In this document: one piece after another, positions 48,261 through 61,675 of the stretch
Layout of the letters: each line of letters opens with the position of its first letter
How positions within the stretch are numbered: the stretch's first letter is position 1
Source: Camelus ferus
Lineage: Eukaryota
Length of the DNA: 64,000 nucleotides
Reading direction: 5' to 3'
Assembly (NCBI RefSeq): GCF_009834535.1
Contig: NC_045696.1
Coordinates: 56,794,001-56,858,000, forward strand
Translations under genes and position numbers: made by a program
The notes under the pieces: model-generated
What the model saw: the letters and a program-made list of their open reading frames with translations, nothing else
Databases searched by the model: none
Told to the model about the DNA's origin: nothing

Positions 48261-51200
48261 TTCAACCCACTCTCTAAACTGTCATCCTATCTCACACCAA
48301 ATCATCTTGTTCATGACATTCTAAGAGACTTACTGAAATCATAATTTGTTTTTAGAATGTCTTTTATTTAGCAAACCTCTAACCTCAATCAAGGAAAATG
48401 ATATATTTTTTAAGAATTCCATACTGGCTCCTGATTTTCATCACTTCTTTATCCATGTGCTTATTTACCATCTGTTTGCAGTTTTATACTTGTTTGTCCA
48501 TACTTCCAAGTCATAAAAAGAGTTACTCTCTTTTACCTTGCCACTTCTGTTAATTAGGCACAAGTTATCTATTTCTAATCTCTAGGCTTCTTTACTATTT
48601 TCTATGATTACTAAACACTAGTCTGTAGTGGTTCTGTAAAATTGACTTTTCTTGCTAATTTAGTTAGGAAAAATTTCAACCTTGCATATGACTTTTTACA
48701 TAAGAGTCTTCTTTTCTATCTTAGTAAATGCAGTTACTTCATAGTGGACCAAACAGGGCAGGGAGAAATAGTCCAAAATCAAGGGCTATAATGAAGAAGT
48801 TACATTATGCAAAGTAGGAAAAACAATTTTAAAAACAGATAATGGATGAAGGTGACTCTCTGTAATTTAATGGAATGGGAAAATAAATGAGTATAAAGAC
48901 ACTTACAATGATCTAATTTTTAAAGCACAACATATATTTTTGGTGCTAAAGATTCTAGTAATGATAACAAAAACTCATCTGAGTCTCAAATCTCCTTATC
49001 CTAAAATAAATACACTTTGGTCTGAAGACATGGTACAAATTCATAAGTGTCGTTCCTACCTTTCCTCTCAAATTCCAGCCTCACCTTAGCTATATGGACT
49101 CTGGAATCTGATTATATTCTGTTTCCTAGGAACTGGCCTACCTGGCTTTTTCAACCCCTCTCAGAGTAAATATCTTTTCTTCTGGCTCAAAACTCCCAGA
49201 ATTATTTGAGTTCTTGCATTTAACCTGGATTTCTTACTTGAGAGATGTGCTTTATCCACAGGAATGGCAAAAGTAATTGATGTGTGTTTCCCATTTGAGC
49301 TCAATTATTGATTCTCACAACTTGGGATAATCTGAACTCCTGGAATTAACAGAGAATGTAATGTTTCTTCAAAGTTTGAGAACTTTGTAGAATGAGTGAA
49401 TCTTTCCAACTGTCCATCACCTATTACTACTGTTGATGTACCCAGCAGAGGTTTCTGAGATTGCACCAATTCATTAAGGACTTCCAAATATGCTTTAAAG
49501 TTACTCTTTAAGAAAAAAATTAAACCCATGATGTTTAACATTTTCTTGTCCTTTGTCTCCTGCTAAAAATATAGAGCCATAGAAAACATCCTCAAGTGAA
49601 CCCAGTTTCAGTTGCTGGGTTCCTACGGACAAAGATTTTACTACAAGAAAATTCATGGAGTAGAAACTGTTACTTAAAAGAAAACAAGTGATTAGAAGCC
49701 AAACTCTACCAATGCTCCCAGCTTATGGTTAGAAGTGAAATATATCATCTTTCCCCTGATTTTCACATGCAGACAAAGAATTGTGTAAGCAGTATTTTCT
49801 ATTTATCCTTGTTATTATAATTTCACTGTTTATCTTGCACCATGATGAGTGGAGCATTATATGTGAAATCATTATGAATTATTGTTGGCAGCGAGAAGAT
49901 CAGCCAGAAGAAGTGATTAAAAAGAGAACGAGGCAAGGGTCTGGTGGGGGGAGGCCGCAGTGCCGCAGCTGCTACCTCAGCATGAGAACAGAGACCTGTT
50001 ACGCACGTGGGGGGAACACATGGTCTGCCTCCATCCTTGCAAGGCTCCTATTTCCGCTGAATTCTCTACTGACTCTAGTTCTCAGTCCAGAAGGAACTGG
50101 CACAATGCTTACTGCCTGGAGGGATGAGAAATAAAGACCAAGACCCCCACAGTGCCTTTGAATAAGTAAAGCTTAGAAAGCCACAGAAGGGTGGACAGAT
50201 TGCTAATAGCAGCAGGAGGTGGGTATGCCTTCTATAACATGGTCCTAAGGGAGTACTGTCTATGGGCTACCAGAAAGAAGAGCCAGATCTCTGCCAGAAA
50301 AAAATCTCCTTGCCTGGGTAGGGACTGTTTAGGTCTGTTTAGGAAGACTGGGCACACATAAGCCGTCATTCCTCTGTTGGAAATTGCCTCTTGGCATGGT
50401 GAACTCCTCATTTTTCACATAAAACACACTGGCACCTGGACACAAAGCTCCTTGGAAATTCTCCCAAGTGCACTTTCTGGGACATGCCAGGTTCATGGCA
50501 ATCACTTTAGATCACAGAATCCTAGAATTAAAGAGCCAGAAGGGGCCTTAGAGGTCATCCAGTTAGCTATGTCTGCCCAATAGACATGGAGTGAATCATG
50601 AGTTTTCATCAAGTTTGGCATCTGCCTGTGAATTTACATGATGTCACTTTGGTACTGACAAATGAGCAGCCCAGCTAGAGCCAACACTTGTGTGGGATGC
50701 TTTATCCACAGGCATTAGCTGGTTAATTTGATGAGAAATCAGTTCTTTCTGACTCAGTGGACTGCAGCATCAGACTCTCGCCTGGTCTGGGCTTCATTTT
50801 CTTGTCACTGTCACCATGATGGCTGGGGCTCTGATCTTCTCCCTTCCCCGCTCTCCTGCTGACTTGCTGGTGGGCTGACTGATTGGCTCCCTCTTCTCTC
50901 CTCTGCCCACCCCAATGCACTCTGCTTTCTCAAATCTCTCCTCTCAAATCAGGAAGAAAGGGGGACCCAGATCAGGCCTCATGTCTCAGGATGATGGTTG
51001 ATTGTCCACCTTCTCTTAACCTGAAGTTCCTCCCTTCTCTTCTGGGGTCAGGACCTCTCCATTCTCCTCATCCCCTCCCTCATCAGCACATTGGGAGGAT
51101 TAACCAATAAAAGGCCTTCACTGTTCCTGATTTCAGCCTATGGGTCAGGGCCTGAGACCAGGCCACACAGAAAGAGGCAATTGCACAGATCCAGTTCCAA

Positions 51201-51587
51201 AGAATACCTTTGAGTTGGGTAAAGACACAGGAGTCTGCATCCTTAAACTAAGGGGACATCCAGTTATAGAAGCAATGAACCAGAGGTGGGATTGGCTGCA
51301 GATCTTTTTCTTAAAATCACTTGGCCAAAACCTGTCTCCCCACCTGAGGCCATGAGCCTGAGAGAAAGACACACACACATCAGAGAGAAGAACACTGAGA
51401 CAAAGTAGGGAGAGTATGTGACTGAGATAAACCAAAACAGGGAGACAGATTTTACCTTGCGGATGAATAAAAGCAATGTTTTTCCATTCCATTTCTGAAC
51501 CAATAAGTAATCCTAATCTTGCCAGAGAAGTTTGAGAGTTATGATAAATGTCTGTACTAACAGGGAAAACCCCCAGGAATTCTGAAT

Positions 51588-51764
51588 CTGTGATTTTCAA
51601 CCTTGGCTTCACATTGAAATCATCTGGGGAGCTTTAAAAATATGGATGTCTGAGTCCTATTCTCAGGAATTCTGATTTAATTAGTCTAGGGTGCTGTCTG
51701 GGCACTGGAATTTCTAAAATCTGCCTAGAAAAATTTAACTTAACAGTCAAGATGAGAACCAATG
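51588..51764. mobile_element. MER5B (hAT-Charlie) DNA transposon
   Basis: TTTTCAACCTTGGCTTCACATTGAAATCATCTGGGGAGCTTTAAAAA...ATTCTGATTTAATTAGTCT...GAGAACCAATG. Confidence 0.88.
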
Positions 51765-52104
51765 TTCTGAAAAGGAATGATCATAAGTAACAGGGAAACT
51801 TTCCAGAGATTGTTTCTTTTTCTAGAAAGAGAGGGACCATGAAGCATCTTGGAATCACTTTAGGACTCTCTTTTAGAAGGGCAATTACCTTGGAACCTGA
51901 AGGTGGTTTCTTTGAGACAGGCAGGTGTATAGGAGCCCTGGAGACTGAACTCAACAGTGACTGTCTAGAGAAGAGGGGATATGATTAGATGCTTAGGGTT
52001 TTGAAAGTTCAAAAGAAAATTTACTCAATCCTTAGCTGCAGTTTCTCAGAGAAAAGGGATAGTGGCTCAGGGCTGGCTGATGTCCTGGCAGGTGTCTGAA
52101 TATG

Positions 52105-52425
52105 ATTTGCTTTTGCTGCTCTATGCATGAAATTCCCTCCTCCCTCTTATCAAGTTCCCAGGTCAAATATCACCTCTCCTCTCTGTAGTTCTCTCTGACC
52201 CCCTCAGTGTAAAATTGGTCTATCTTGCATTCCTAGAATACTGCAGGAACATTTCTATTCCTGTCCTTCTCACACTCTATTAGTTATTTGTTTACCTGCC
52301 TATCTCTTTTCCCAGCTGGTCTGTGAACTTCCTAAAATCAGTGACTTCACTTTTTATCTTTATGTGGTAAATGTTGAGAGTGCCTGACCTATGGTAGGTG
52401 CCTCCCAAATATTTATGAAACTAAT
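52105..52425 (+). mobile_element. L2 3' end
   Basis: CAAATATCACCTCTCCT...AGTGCCTGACCTATGGTAGGTGCC...AAATATTTATGAA. Confidence 0.8.
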
Positions 52426-52639
52426 CAGAAACAATAGATTAGGTTCCTAGACTAGGGCAAAATCCTGTTTAACTTACAAAGTAATTGAAATCAATATACA
52501 GGTAATGAATGATAGAAAGCAATAATGTGGGATCATCTCCATATTTAAAGTACTATGAAATTTGTTTAAACATACAGAATAATTAAGAACATAAAATACA
52601 GAACGCAGAAATTTCTCAACATGCTACCAGTCAGTGGTC

Positions 52640-52930
52640 CAGGCATCATGTACATGGGGTGGAAGGGTCCCTGGAGGTGAGGCTGGGAAGGCTGGCTGCA
52701 GCTTATTGTGAGAAGCTGCACATGCTGTAGGAGGCATTTGGACTTTATACCAAAGTTTTGCAGAGCTAGAGAAGTCCTCCAAGCAGGAAATGACAAAATC
52801 AGATTAGTCATTTAGAAAAGGATCAATCCATTTACAAAAGGATCAATCTGATGGCTCTCTGAGATTTATCATAGTGTGGCAAAGTGACAACACCAGGTAG
52901 GAGGCTACTGTCTGAGTGAGAGATAGCAAA
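52640..52930 (-). mobile_element. L2 fragment
   Basis: TTTGGACTTTATACC...AAGCAGGAAATGACAAAATCAGATT...CCAGGTAGGAGGCTACTG. Confidence 0.7.
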
Positions 52931-52972
52931 ATGTGTCCTTTATTCTCAATTCCAAATAATTGACTTAGTAAT

Positions 52973-53379
52973 TGTTATAGGCTGAATCGTGTTTGCCCCA
53001 AAACTCACGTGTTGAAGCCCTAATCCCTGCCCCACCCCCCAGTCTTCAGCATGTGACTGTATTAGGACATAGGGTCTTCAAAGAGGTAGTTAAGTTAAAA
53101 TGAGGTTATTAGGTTAGGCCCTAACCATTGTGACGGATATCCTTATGAGAAGAGGACCTTAGGACACAGATACTTATACACAGAGGGAAGACCAGGTGAA
53201 AATATAGGGAAAAAATGGCCATCTCCAAGCCAAGGAGAAAGCCCATAACAAAGCAACTCTGATGACATCTTGATCTCAGACTTCTAGCCTCTAAAACTGT
53301 GAGAAAATAAATTTCTGTAGTTTCAGCCACCCAGCCGAGGTTATGTTGTACGTTATGGCCACCCTAGAAAACTAATATG
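52973..53379 (+). mobile_element. MLT1B-like (ERVL-MaLR) solo LTR
   Basis: TGTTATAGGCTGAATCGTG...TGTTGAAGCCCTAA; GACACAGA...GAGGGAAGACCAGGTGAA; GAGAAAATAAATTTCTG...CCCTAGAAAACTAATA. Confidence 0.9.
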
Positions 53380-53799
53380 CCGATAAACTCATAGGACACA
53401 ATCTGTTGGTGAGTTGTAAGCTGTCGTTATGTATTATTTCTCATGACTGGATGCCCCAGGGCTTGGTGCAGTTTAGGGACCAGAGAACAGATACTTTAAT
53501 ATACAGTGTGTGACCCAAGTTTAAAATAAGAACACCCTGGAAAGGCCTCATAGAAACCCAGGGTTTGAACAAACAACAGGAACCTGTCAAAAACCTTGAA
53601 TAAAGGTATTTTCCATCCATTTTAGATTTCCCTCAATGAATACATTAGAAATGGGTATTTTTCACTTCCTCTCTCTCTCCTCTCCCATTTGACTTCAAAC
53701 ATGCACTCACGCACACTTAAATGTACTGACAGAATCTGCAGTACAGCCCTGGGGGCCTTTTGGTAGCAAGTAATGCTGCCCCACACTGGCTACAGTGAC

Positions 53800-53866
53800 C
53801 ACAGGAGAAGTAGTCATCTGACCCAAACAGAGATGATGTCGAGGCCAGGCTGACCAATCAGCTGCT

Positions 53867-53911
<45 letters not shown>

Positions 53912-54155
53912 CACCCCCCTCTGTGTCATTAAGAACCAAGAAGCCTAGAAGCTAAGGGCACTGGCAGCTGAATACTGTTTATGGTGGACTCCTAGATTGA
54001 AAACTGAGAATGACTGTTGCAGAGGTTTCTTGATTTGGTTCCTCAGAGGCCTCTCAGTTTGTAGATAAGTATCTTTCTGAGAAACTCCACATCCCCCTTT
54101 ACTTGAGTTGTTTTAAGTAGATTTCTCTTCCCGGCAACCAGGCATGCCCTAATAC
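53800..54155 (+). mobile_element. Old MLT1 (K/L-like) LTR fragment containing (CT)n at 53873-53909
   Basis: GTCATCTGACCCAA...GCTGACCAATCAG; ...GCAACCAGGCATGCCCTAATACA end. Confidence 0.55.
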
Positions 54156-55284
54156 AAAGGACAAAATGACTTCTAAGGCTGAGATTAAGCTTCAGCGACT
54201 AAAACCGTGATTAACCAGTGATATTTGCCAAAATGTATGTAATTCCACATATCCTTTTATTCTTTAGAGCAGAGGACAAAGTCCATACTGTACAGAAGGG
54301 CAAAGTAGAGAAGGAAAAAAAGGTGGCAAAGTAGCTGCTTCTGTGATTCATGTAAACTTTCTTTTGAATCTTTTTAAAATAATATTTTCATTTATATATG
54401 AGTGAGTACATATGTACGTATATGCATAGGCCAAATATACCAGAACACTGGATAGTGTTACTTAGAAAAGAAAGAAGGCAGAAAATATAGAATTGAAGCA
54501 TGAAGTTCCATGATATATATAGAAAGCAAACAATTTAAAATCTATTCCTATAAATGCTAAAATGTACACGTGTAACATGACTACATAGTCTAATTTTTTT
54601 CAAGAATCTCTAAATAGATGCCTGAGTTTTTCATTTACTTCAGCAATTTCAAGTGTTATGAATAACTGATTGAAAGGCTTTATCTAAACCCATGTATTAT
54701 TTTAATCAAGAAAAATTTTAGTAGCTTTCTGAATTATAATCGAATTTCTGTATGTGAGTATTTAAATCATTCTTAATCCTCTGAAAATACTTGATGGGTG
54801 ATTCTGGGGTGTGACTCACTGTCCTCTTCTCTCTGAGTCAGTTCCGCCACGGGTCCACTGCTTCTATGGGCACTGCCATCGATTCAGGCTAAGGGCCCGG
54901 CTTCCTCTTTCTTCTCAGAGGGCTGGGGAGGCTTTCTGGAAGCAGTGGAACATTTCTGGCAGGGTTCTGCACTCAAGATTAGGATCTGAAAATGGGCTTC
55001 TAAGCTGACGTGGGTTGGCTGTCCAGGAAGAGGCCTGGGGTGCTTCTTCCCTCACTGACCCAGGACTGGCTGCCCTCCTGGGTAGCCCTCCAACTGGCTC
55101 TCATTAGGAGAGAGAAGCTGGGTGAGGTGGATCTAGCCTTCCCTTCTCAGCATCTGTGACAGAGGAAATAACTGGAAGTCCGAGATTAAGTGATCAGTCC
55201 AGGGTCAGAAGAACGGAGGCCTGGCTGGCTCAGAGAACAGGAGCAGCAAAGCAATAACCACGTAAGGACAAGACAGAATGGTCC

Positions 55285-55500
55285 AATGCACAGATACTGA
55301 GATCAGGCTACTGAGGCTCAGTCTCCGGCCTGCCATTTATTTACTGAGGTTCTTGACCTTCCTGAGTCCTAAGGTCCCCATCTGAATAGATATACGGTAA
55401 CAATAGTACCTACCTCATAATGTTACTTTGAGGACTCAATGTGGTAATGTATGTAAAATTAGTAGCGTCTATCTCATATGTGACAAATGTTTTATATTAG
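55285..55500 (+). mobile_element. MIR SINE
   Basis: CCTGAGTCCTAAGGTCCCCATCTG...CAATAGTACCTACCTCATA...TGAGGACTCAATG. Confidence 0.75.
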
Positions 55501-56789
55501 AAATATAAAGCTCGCCAACCTAGAGGAGAGACACGCAGTGACAGGGTGAGGCCATGGGCAGTAGCCTGGAGGGGGTATAAGGTAGGTTGAGGCTGCACGT
55601 CATACCGCCTTGCTCTGTACCTGTGCCCATCCCAGAGGTAATCCCTGCTCTTCTGGCTGGGCAGCTGCATCATCACATAATAAAATAAGAGATTTGGAGA
55701 CTCCTCAGAAAGGAAGGAACAGCTGGGCTTTTCTCCTCTACTCATCTTATTTTTGTTCCCTGTGAAGTCCCCTGTAGCTACTGAGATTAAAAACAACCCC
55801 TACCCCCCAAATCTCCTCTCCGGTGAACCAAGAGATTTGAGCAGCAGAACCAGTGACAGAATATCTGGCTGTCTGGCTCCTGTGTGCTGGCGCCTCTCCA
55901 CCCCCACCCATCTCCATCCTAGTTTTGGCTTCCCTAGTCAGACTTCTCTGCATAGCAGCAGAGGGTGTGCTCAGAAGCTCTGCCCAGTGACTGACGGACC
56001 TGCAGCAGCCCCCGCTGAGGAGGCCAGGCTGTGATTCAGACTTCAGAGCACATTTGGAGGGTATTGCTTCTCAGCTGCCAGCAACGGCATTAGATTTTGT
56101 GTGGGCACTCTGTGGTCACTTTTCTGATGAATCAGTTCTCTTGTCTACCTAACCCTCTTCCCAGCAATCCTGTACCTTTCTTTACTCCTGCCTCCCCTCT
56201 CATTCATCTCCTTATTTGTCCTTGTGAACAACTACATATTTCAGTGTATTTGGATAGAAAGTCCTCTCTCTAGTCTGATGGACAATGAAACTGACATGTG
56301 AATCCCTTTGGGAGGATTCTACTTAATAATAGATGAGGCTACTCAACGGAAGCCCCTTAGCCTACAAACCCAAAGCCATCCAGGGATATCTGAGGGTCTT
56401 CAGCTGGATCCTCATCCACATCCTATAGACATTTCATTCAGCCCTCAGGTGCCCAGATTCAGGCCCCCTGTCCCCAGTATATGTGTGCAATCAGACTATT
56501 CTTTTCAGAGCCTGGGACCCTGAACCTTCAGGAATATGTCTGGTGCCTTTCATTGTCCTATGGTAAGTCCATCCAAGTTATCTTATCTACATACATATTA
56601 TATTTTTGCAAAGCACACAGATCTGTTGATTGTGACTAAGATATTTATAACATAGGGAGCAGAGCACTAGGGTTCGAAAGATGTGCCCTAGAGATTGCTG
56701 TGGTTACAGTGAGTGAGAGTAGAGAGGCAAGCTGGCAGGCTCTGAACCCCTGTCCCTGCCCCAGTTCAGCAAGAGAACCTCTGCTTTAT

Positions 56790-57313
56790 GAGTTTTGCAT
56801 ATTTGGTTTTGCACCAGATTTTGTATATTTGTTTGCCTGTTTAAATCCATTCTCTGCTCTTCTCCATCTTGCTCTTTTCCCCCAGGAAGCTGACTTCTAT
56901 GGACTGAGTTCTTTGGGTTCCTTGTCCTCTTAGCTGGATTCAAATAATGGGAGGAGCAGCAGGAGATTGGAGGGCAGAGGAGAGAGAATCAGGCGTATTT
57001 ATTCCTCTGACTCCTTCCCTTCTAGGTTGTGGTTTAGCAATGGCTACATTCCTCTATTAAAGTTCACAGCTCCTACCTGGTGGTGCCAGGTTCTGGTAAC
57101 CACTCTGCCCACACACTTTCCCCTTCAGGTGTAGAGGTGGCCATGCCATCCCTCTGTGGCTAGCCCTGTGTTATTTTTTCCCATCCTTTGCTGGTTTCTC
57201 TTTTCCACACCAAGACTTCTGTGAATAAGTCCCTTCATAAAACTCTCTTCACTTACCCTTTTTGAGTTTTCCATCTGTGTTTGAGTTTTCCATGCCAGGA
57301 CTCTTACTGATTC
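56790..57313 (+). mobile_element. LTR33-like (ERVL) solo LTR
   Basis: CCCCAGGAAGCTGACTTCTATGGACTG; CAGCAGGAGATTGGAGGGCAGAGGAGAGAG...GTATTTATTCC; CCCTTCATAAAACTCTCTTCA...CCAGGACTCTTACTGATTCA. Confidence 0.8.
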
Positions 57314-57559
57314 AGTCCTCTATTGTAAGATCTTGTTTAGTAAAGGAGTCTACTGCTAAATAAAATTTGGAAAACCACAACATTGGATCAATCAGAAGCA
57401 TTATAAGAACAAATGTCACATTTTTTGTGAGTGTGAATTACTCAAGTGGCTGAAGCAATATCTTCAAAAAACCATTGAATTAGATGATCTTTACCACACG
57501 TTTTAAAGTTTCTATTGAAAAAATGCATTTAATTCAATACTAAATTTATTTACTAAATA

Positions 57560-57800
57560 GAGGCTAAAATGACTCTGGAATCAGACTGGAGTCCTGACTC
57601 TGGCACTTATCATCTGTGTGACATTGAATAAATTACTTAATCTCCCTAAGCTTTAGTTTTCTTATCTGTAAAATGGAAGTAATAACATTCCCTAGTTTCA
57701 TGGAATTGTGAGAATTAAATGAGATAATGTATATACAGTGCTCAATACTGAGCTTGATACTTAGCTTGCTACCCAATAAACTCCTACTATCATTATTTAT
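57560..57800 (+). mobile_element. MIR SINE
   Basis: GACTCTGGAATCAGACTG...TTACTTAATCTCCCTAAGCTTTAGTTTTCTTATCTGTAAAATGG...GAGAATTAAATGAGATAATG. Confidence 0.92.
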
Positions 57801-58097
57801 GATAATAAAATGCAAAAGCATATATCAAACCAGCATAAGTTGACAGTTTGAAGAAGCAATAATTTGAAAATCTCAAGGTCTGGATGGGGAAGCAACAAGT
57901 GCTTCATTTACACAAAACCAGGCCAGTTTCTTCCTGGAGCTTGTAGGTGTTTAAATCAGTCTTCTTGTGCAAAGATCCATGGTGAGCCAAACATGCATTC
58001 CCAACCAGCAGAGATTTGCTGGTGCCATCAGTAAATTCAGCCAGCGGTACAAATGCAGTGAAGGTAGAAGTTACCTGAGGAAGTTACCAACGTTGGA

Positions 58098-58400
58098 GAT
58101 CCTCCTTCAAATCTTGGCTCAAATGACGCATTTTCAATGAGATCTACCTGTGACCCATATAAAACTGTAACTCATCCCCAGTCTCTGGAGCTCCTGATTC
58201 CCTGTATCCTGCTCAGCTTGTTTTCTTCACTCCATTGCACCCATCACTGTCTTACATACTATACAATTAATTTATTTACTTATTACATTTCTGGCTTATT
58301 GTCTGTCTCCTCCAGCTGGAATATAAGCTCCATAAAGGCATATTTGTCTTATCTGATATCTGCCAACTCAGTTCTCAATAAATATTTGTTGAATGTTGTT
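58098..58400 (+). mobile_element. L2 3' end
   Basis: CTCCTTCAAATCTTGGCTCAAATG...GTTCTCAATAAATATTTGTTGAATG. Confidence 0.85.
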
Positions 58401-59369
58401 GAGTCATCTCTGGATTACACTGTGTGTGAGGTTTGGCTTCAAGTATGGTAAATGATAACCACTAGGTGATTATTTAAATATATTCAGTAGATGTTTACAG
58501 CCATTTCACAGGTCTGTGAATGTCTGGCCTCTACTTGAATTGTGTCTGTTTAGCAGTCTGGCACAAAGTGGGCACTCAGTAGGTGTTAGATCCCTTGTCT
58601 GTTTAACTGTGTATTTGTTGTTTTTCTTTTTTAAGATCATTCCTTGAGTACATGCATCTGTGTGGGTGGGTAGACCTCAAGGCACATCTGTGCTTGAGAG
58701 CAGTATTAAAAGCCCTCAAATATCTATTTGGAGCTTATCAGAGAGAAGACATTAATTGCTTCTTTAGTATTCCCTCTAACTTTGGGTGTTTCCCTTTATT
58801 TCCTTCCTCCCTGCAAGAGTGACACATTTAGTTTTCTAAGTTTTAACCACTTAGTTTGTTTTCTACATTGATAGGACAGAACCAAGCAAAGTCCAGCAAA
58901 ACTTTTTTTAGTCAATATGGGTCCTGTTTGTACTGTACTCTCCCACCACCTCATTAGAAAACTTTGTGATTCCTGTCCAAATTACCTTCTAAGGTAGGCA
59001 GAGGCCCCATTCACTGTTTTCTTCTGATCAAAGGTGAGATTGGAAATTAGCTTGATAATCCATAACATTAAGTCCAAAGGCATAGTATAAAAAGCTGAAA
59101 CTAAGTCCAAGACAAAGGACTTGTGATGGAGAATACATGATGCTGAGTAGAAGCATCTTAGAAGGAGAAACCAGAAGTTTTCTGAATCAAAGGTAGGAGA
59201 GCTTTTATAGAACACCTGGAATATGAACTGTCAAGGGTTATCATCTGTTCTGGATAAATATTACCTGCCTTCTGAAGACCAGTGGAGATGAGGTATCCTA
59301 ACAAGGGATAGAAAATAGGTTTCATCTCATGAGCCAACTCTGTTTGGTGATGGTAGTAATTAACTGAAA

Positions 59370-59547
59370 TAGTGTTTCTAAGAGTGTGGTCCACCAACCA
59401 ACAAGATTGGGATCATCTGGCAACTTGTTAGAAATGCAGATCTTTGATTCTTACCCCAAAACTACTGCATCAGAAGCTCTGAAGTAATCTCTATTGTAAT
59501 AAGTCCTCCTGGTGATTCTGACGCACACCAGTGTTGGAGAACAACTG
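59370..59547 (+). mobile_element. MER5A (hAT-Charlie) DNA transposon
   Basis: AGTGTGGTCC...ATCATCTGGCAACTTGTTAGAAATGCAGAT...GGTGATTCTGACGCAC...GAGAACAACTG. Confidence 0.9.
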
Positions 59548-60517
59548 GTCTGGAATAGTGTGTTGAGTTTCTTCACTGAGCTCAATATGTAATAATCCAT
59601 TAGTGAGGTTACCATGAACATGGGAGAGAGGGGTGGCAGTGAGTAGGCTGTGTAATTTCTGATCTCAGACAGAGTTCATAAATACAATGCAAATGAGCAA
59701 TCTAAACAAGCTACCACACTTTGGCTACCCAAAAGTTCTGAAGAACTAAAAGAACAATTGGTCAAAATAAATAACAAATGCAGAGGGAATGGAGCCAGTG
59801 GACTGAAGGATAGCCACAGGACTCCTCATCCATAAACAGGGCTCCAGAGGAGACTCTAAAAAATATGTTTCACTCTAAATTTGATGAGATGTGATGGTAA
59901 TATTTATTATGATGGGAAAAAATGAACCCATATATATCCAGAACTTCTTCTCTTTTGATCCAAAAAGAGAATTATGTGTTCACCATCTGAGTTTATGGAT
60001 CTTTTCTTATACAGACTCGGTGTGAGAGTTGAAGAAGAGGATTGAAAGGGGCCCAGACAGGAGAGCTTGCTCTATAGGGGCAAGAGAAGGTGGTTATTGG
60101 AAGGATAACATAATAGGCCCCCAAAGGGAAAGGAATTTGGGGTAAAATCCAGAATGGGTTGGTTTGGGGAAGAGATTTACTATGAGTTTTGAAAGTAGTT
60201 TGGAGATAGAATTGAGGGAAGTGAAAGGTATAGAGAGATGGACAGAGAAAGTTTTAAGAAATTTTGCTACGCTTAATAAAATTGGTATTTTTGAGAGACT
60301 TCTGTAAAAACTTAATTTGGTTTTTAATTATTATTACTGTAATTACTATTTTGGTTTCTTTGCTTATAGACTTCTAATTTAAAATTTGGGTCGTTTTCCT
60401 AATCTGCTGATTAGGCCTTGAAATCTAGGGTGAAGCAGTGGTTGCAACAAACCTCTACCCACTTAGAGACTGGAATCAAGAAGCATATTACTCTAATTAT
60501 TCAAACACCATTAGGAA

Positions 60518-60580
60518 GAAAGGGAAATAGAAAGAGAAAAGGAGAGAGGGAGGGGCAGAGAGAGAGATAGAGAGAGGAGA
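60518..60580. repeat. GA-rich polypurine tract
   Basis: Seen directly. Confidence 0.85.
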
Positions 60581-61675
60581 ATAAATAAATCTATAGTAAT
60601 TGAAATAGGGCTTTTCTTGATTCACTAAGGAGTTGAAAGATCATCATTGACAAATAAGCTTTCAAATATACATGAATGAGAACACTAGGCTATATTTTAA
60701 CAACATTAGCATATTGTCCTACCTATATAAATTGTCACTGAAGTTCTGTTTATCTGGTGTTATTGCATAATCACCTGCTCCACCTTGGCAATGAAATGAA
60801 GCCTGTAGGACTAGAAATTTGTTTACATTTAACTCTGTGGGGATCCATCTCTATATTGGTACCTGCTGTAGGTTGGCATCTACATGCAAACTAGCCAATT
60901 ATTTATATTTTTATTTGTGTTCCCCACAGCCAATTTCTGGTAAAAACCAATTTCTTGCATGTATAATTCTAGGAAGAAATGTAATTCTAATGAAAAAAAA
61001 TGTTCACAAATACTGTTCAATAAAATATACAATTCTAATGCTGCCTGGATGGATGGCCAAGCACATTTTTATATGTAGGAAGCGTACTGAAGTTGGTTTA
61101 TTTTTTTTAAAAGGAATCCTTCATGGATATAAGAGAGAAAGAATCATAAAGAAGAGAGACAAGTTGCTTTTTCCACTATTCTATCTCCACACGTTCTGTT
61201 GCTACTTTTGCAAAGTGAGCAGAGAAAGGTAGCCAATTAACTTCCTTGAGTAACCAAATAAATACTTAAAACAAGTGACTACACAAAAACCTGTCAGCAG
61301 CCTTCATTTGTAGGCAAGGTAACACGGAGAATCAATAATAAATTGACCAAGCACTTGTAAGAAGCATGCATTTGTCACAGGTAGGTGTTGCTTACTGACA
61401 GTACTCCTGAATTTCTTCCTGTCCCCAGATTCCCCTTACCCAAGTGGCTGCTCTTTCCTAAATCCACCTGGAGGTTCTGCATCTTCCCAGGTCTCGGAAT
61501 AAGTCTTAACTGACTCATTGATTTGAGATCAAGTCAGATTTGTTGACGGCTCCTCTAATCCTAATGTCTGTTCTGACTGTTCCTGGTTGGGTTCGTTTCC
61601 TATTTCCTAATTACTTAATTGACTAAGCTTCTTGTCAGTTTCTCCATATCTCATGTTTCTCTGTTTTCTGAAGCT

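Noticed and set aside
49781..50134. 117-aa ORF with a small CpG-containing patch
   Set aside because: TTG start, no recognisable homology, and too few CpGs for an island or promoter
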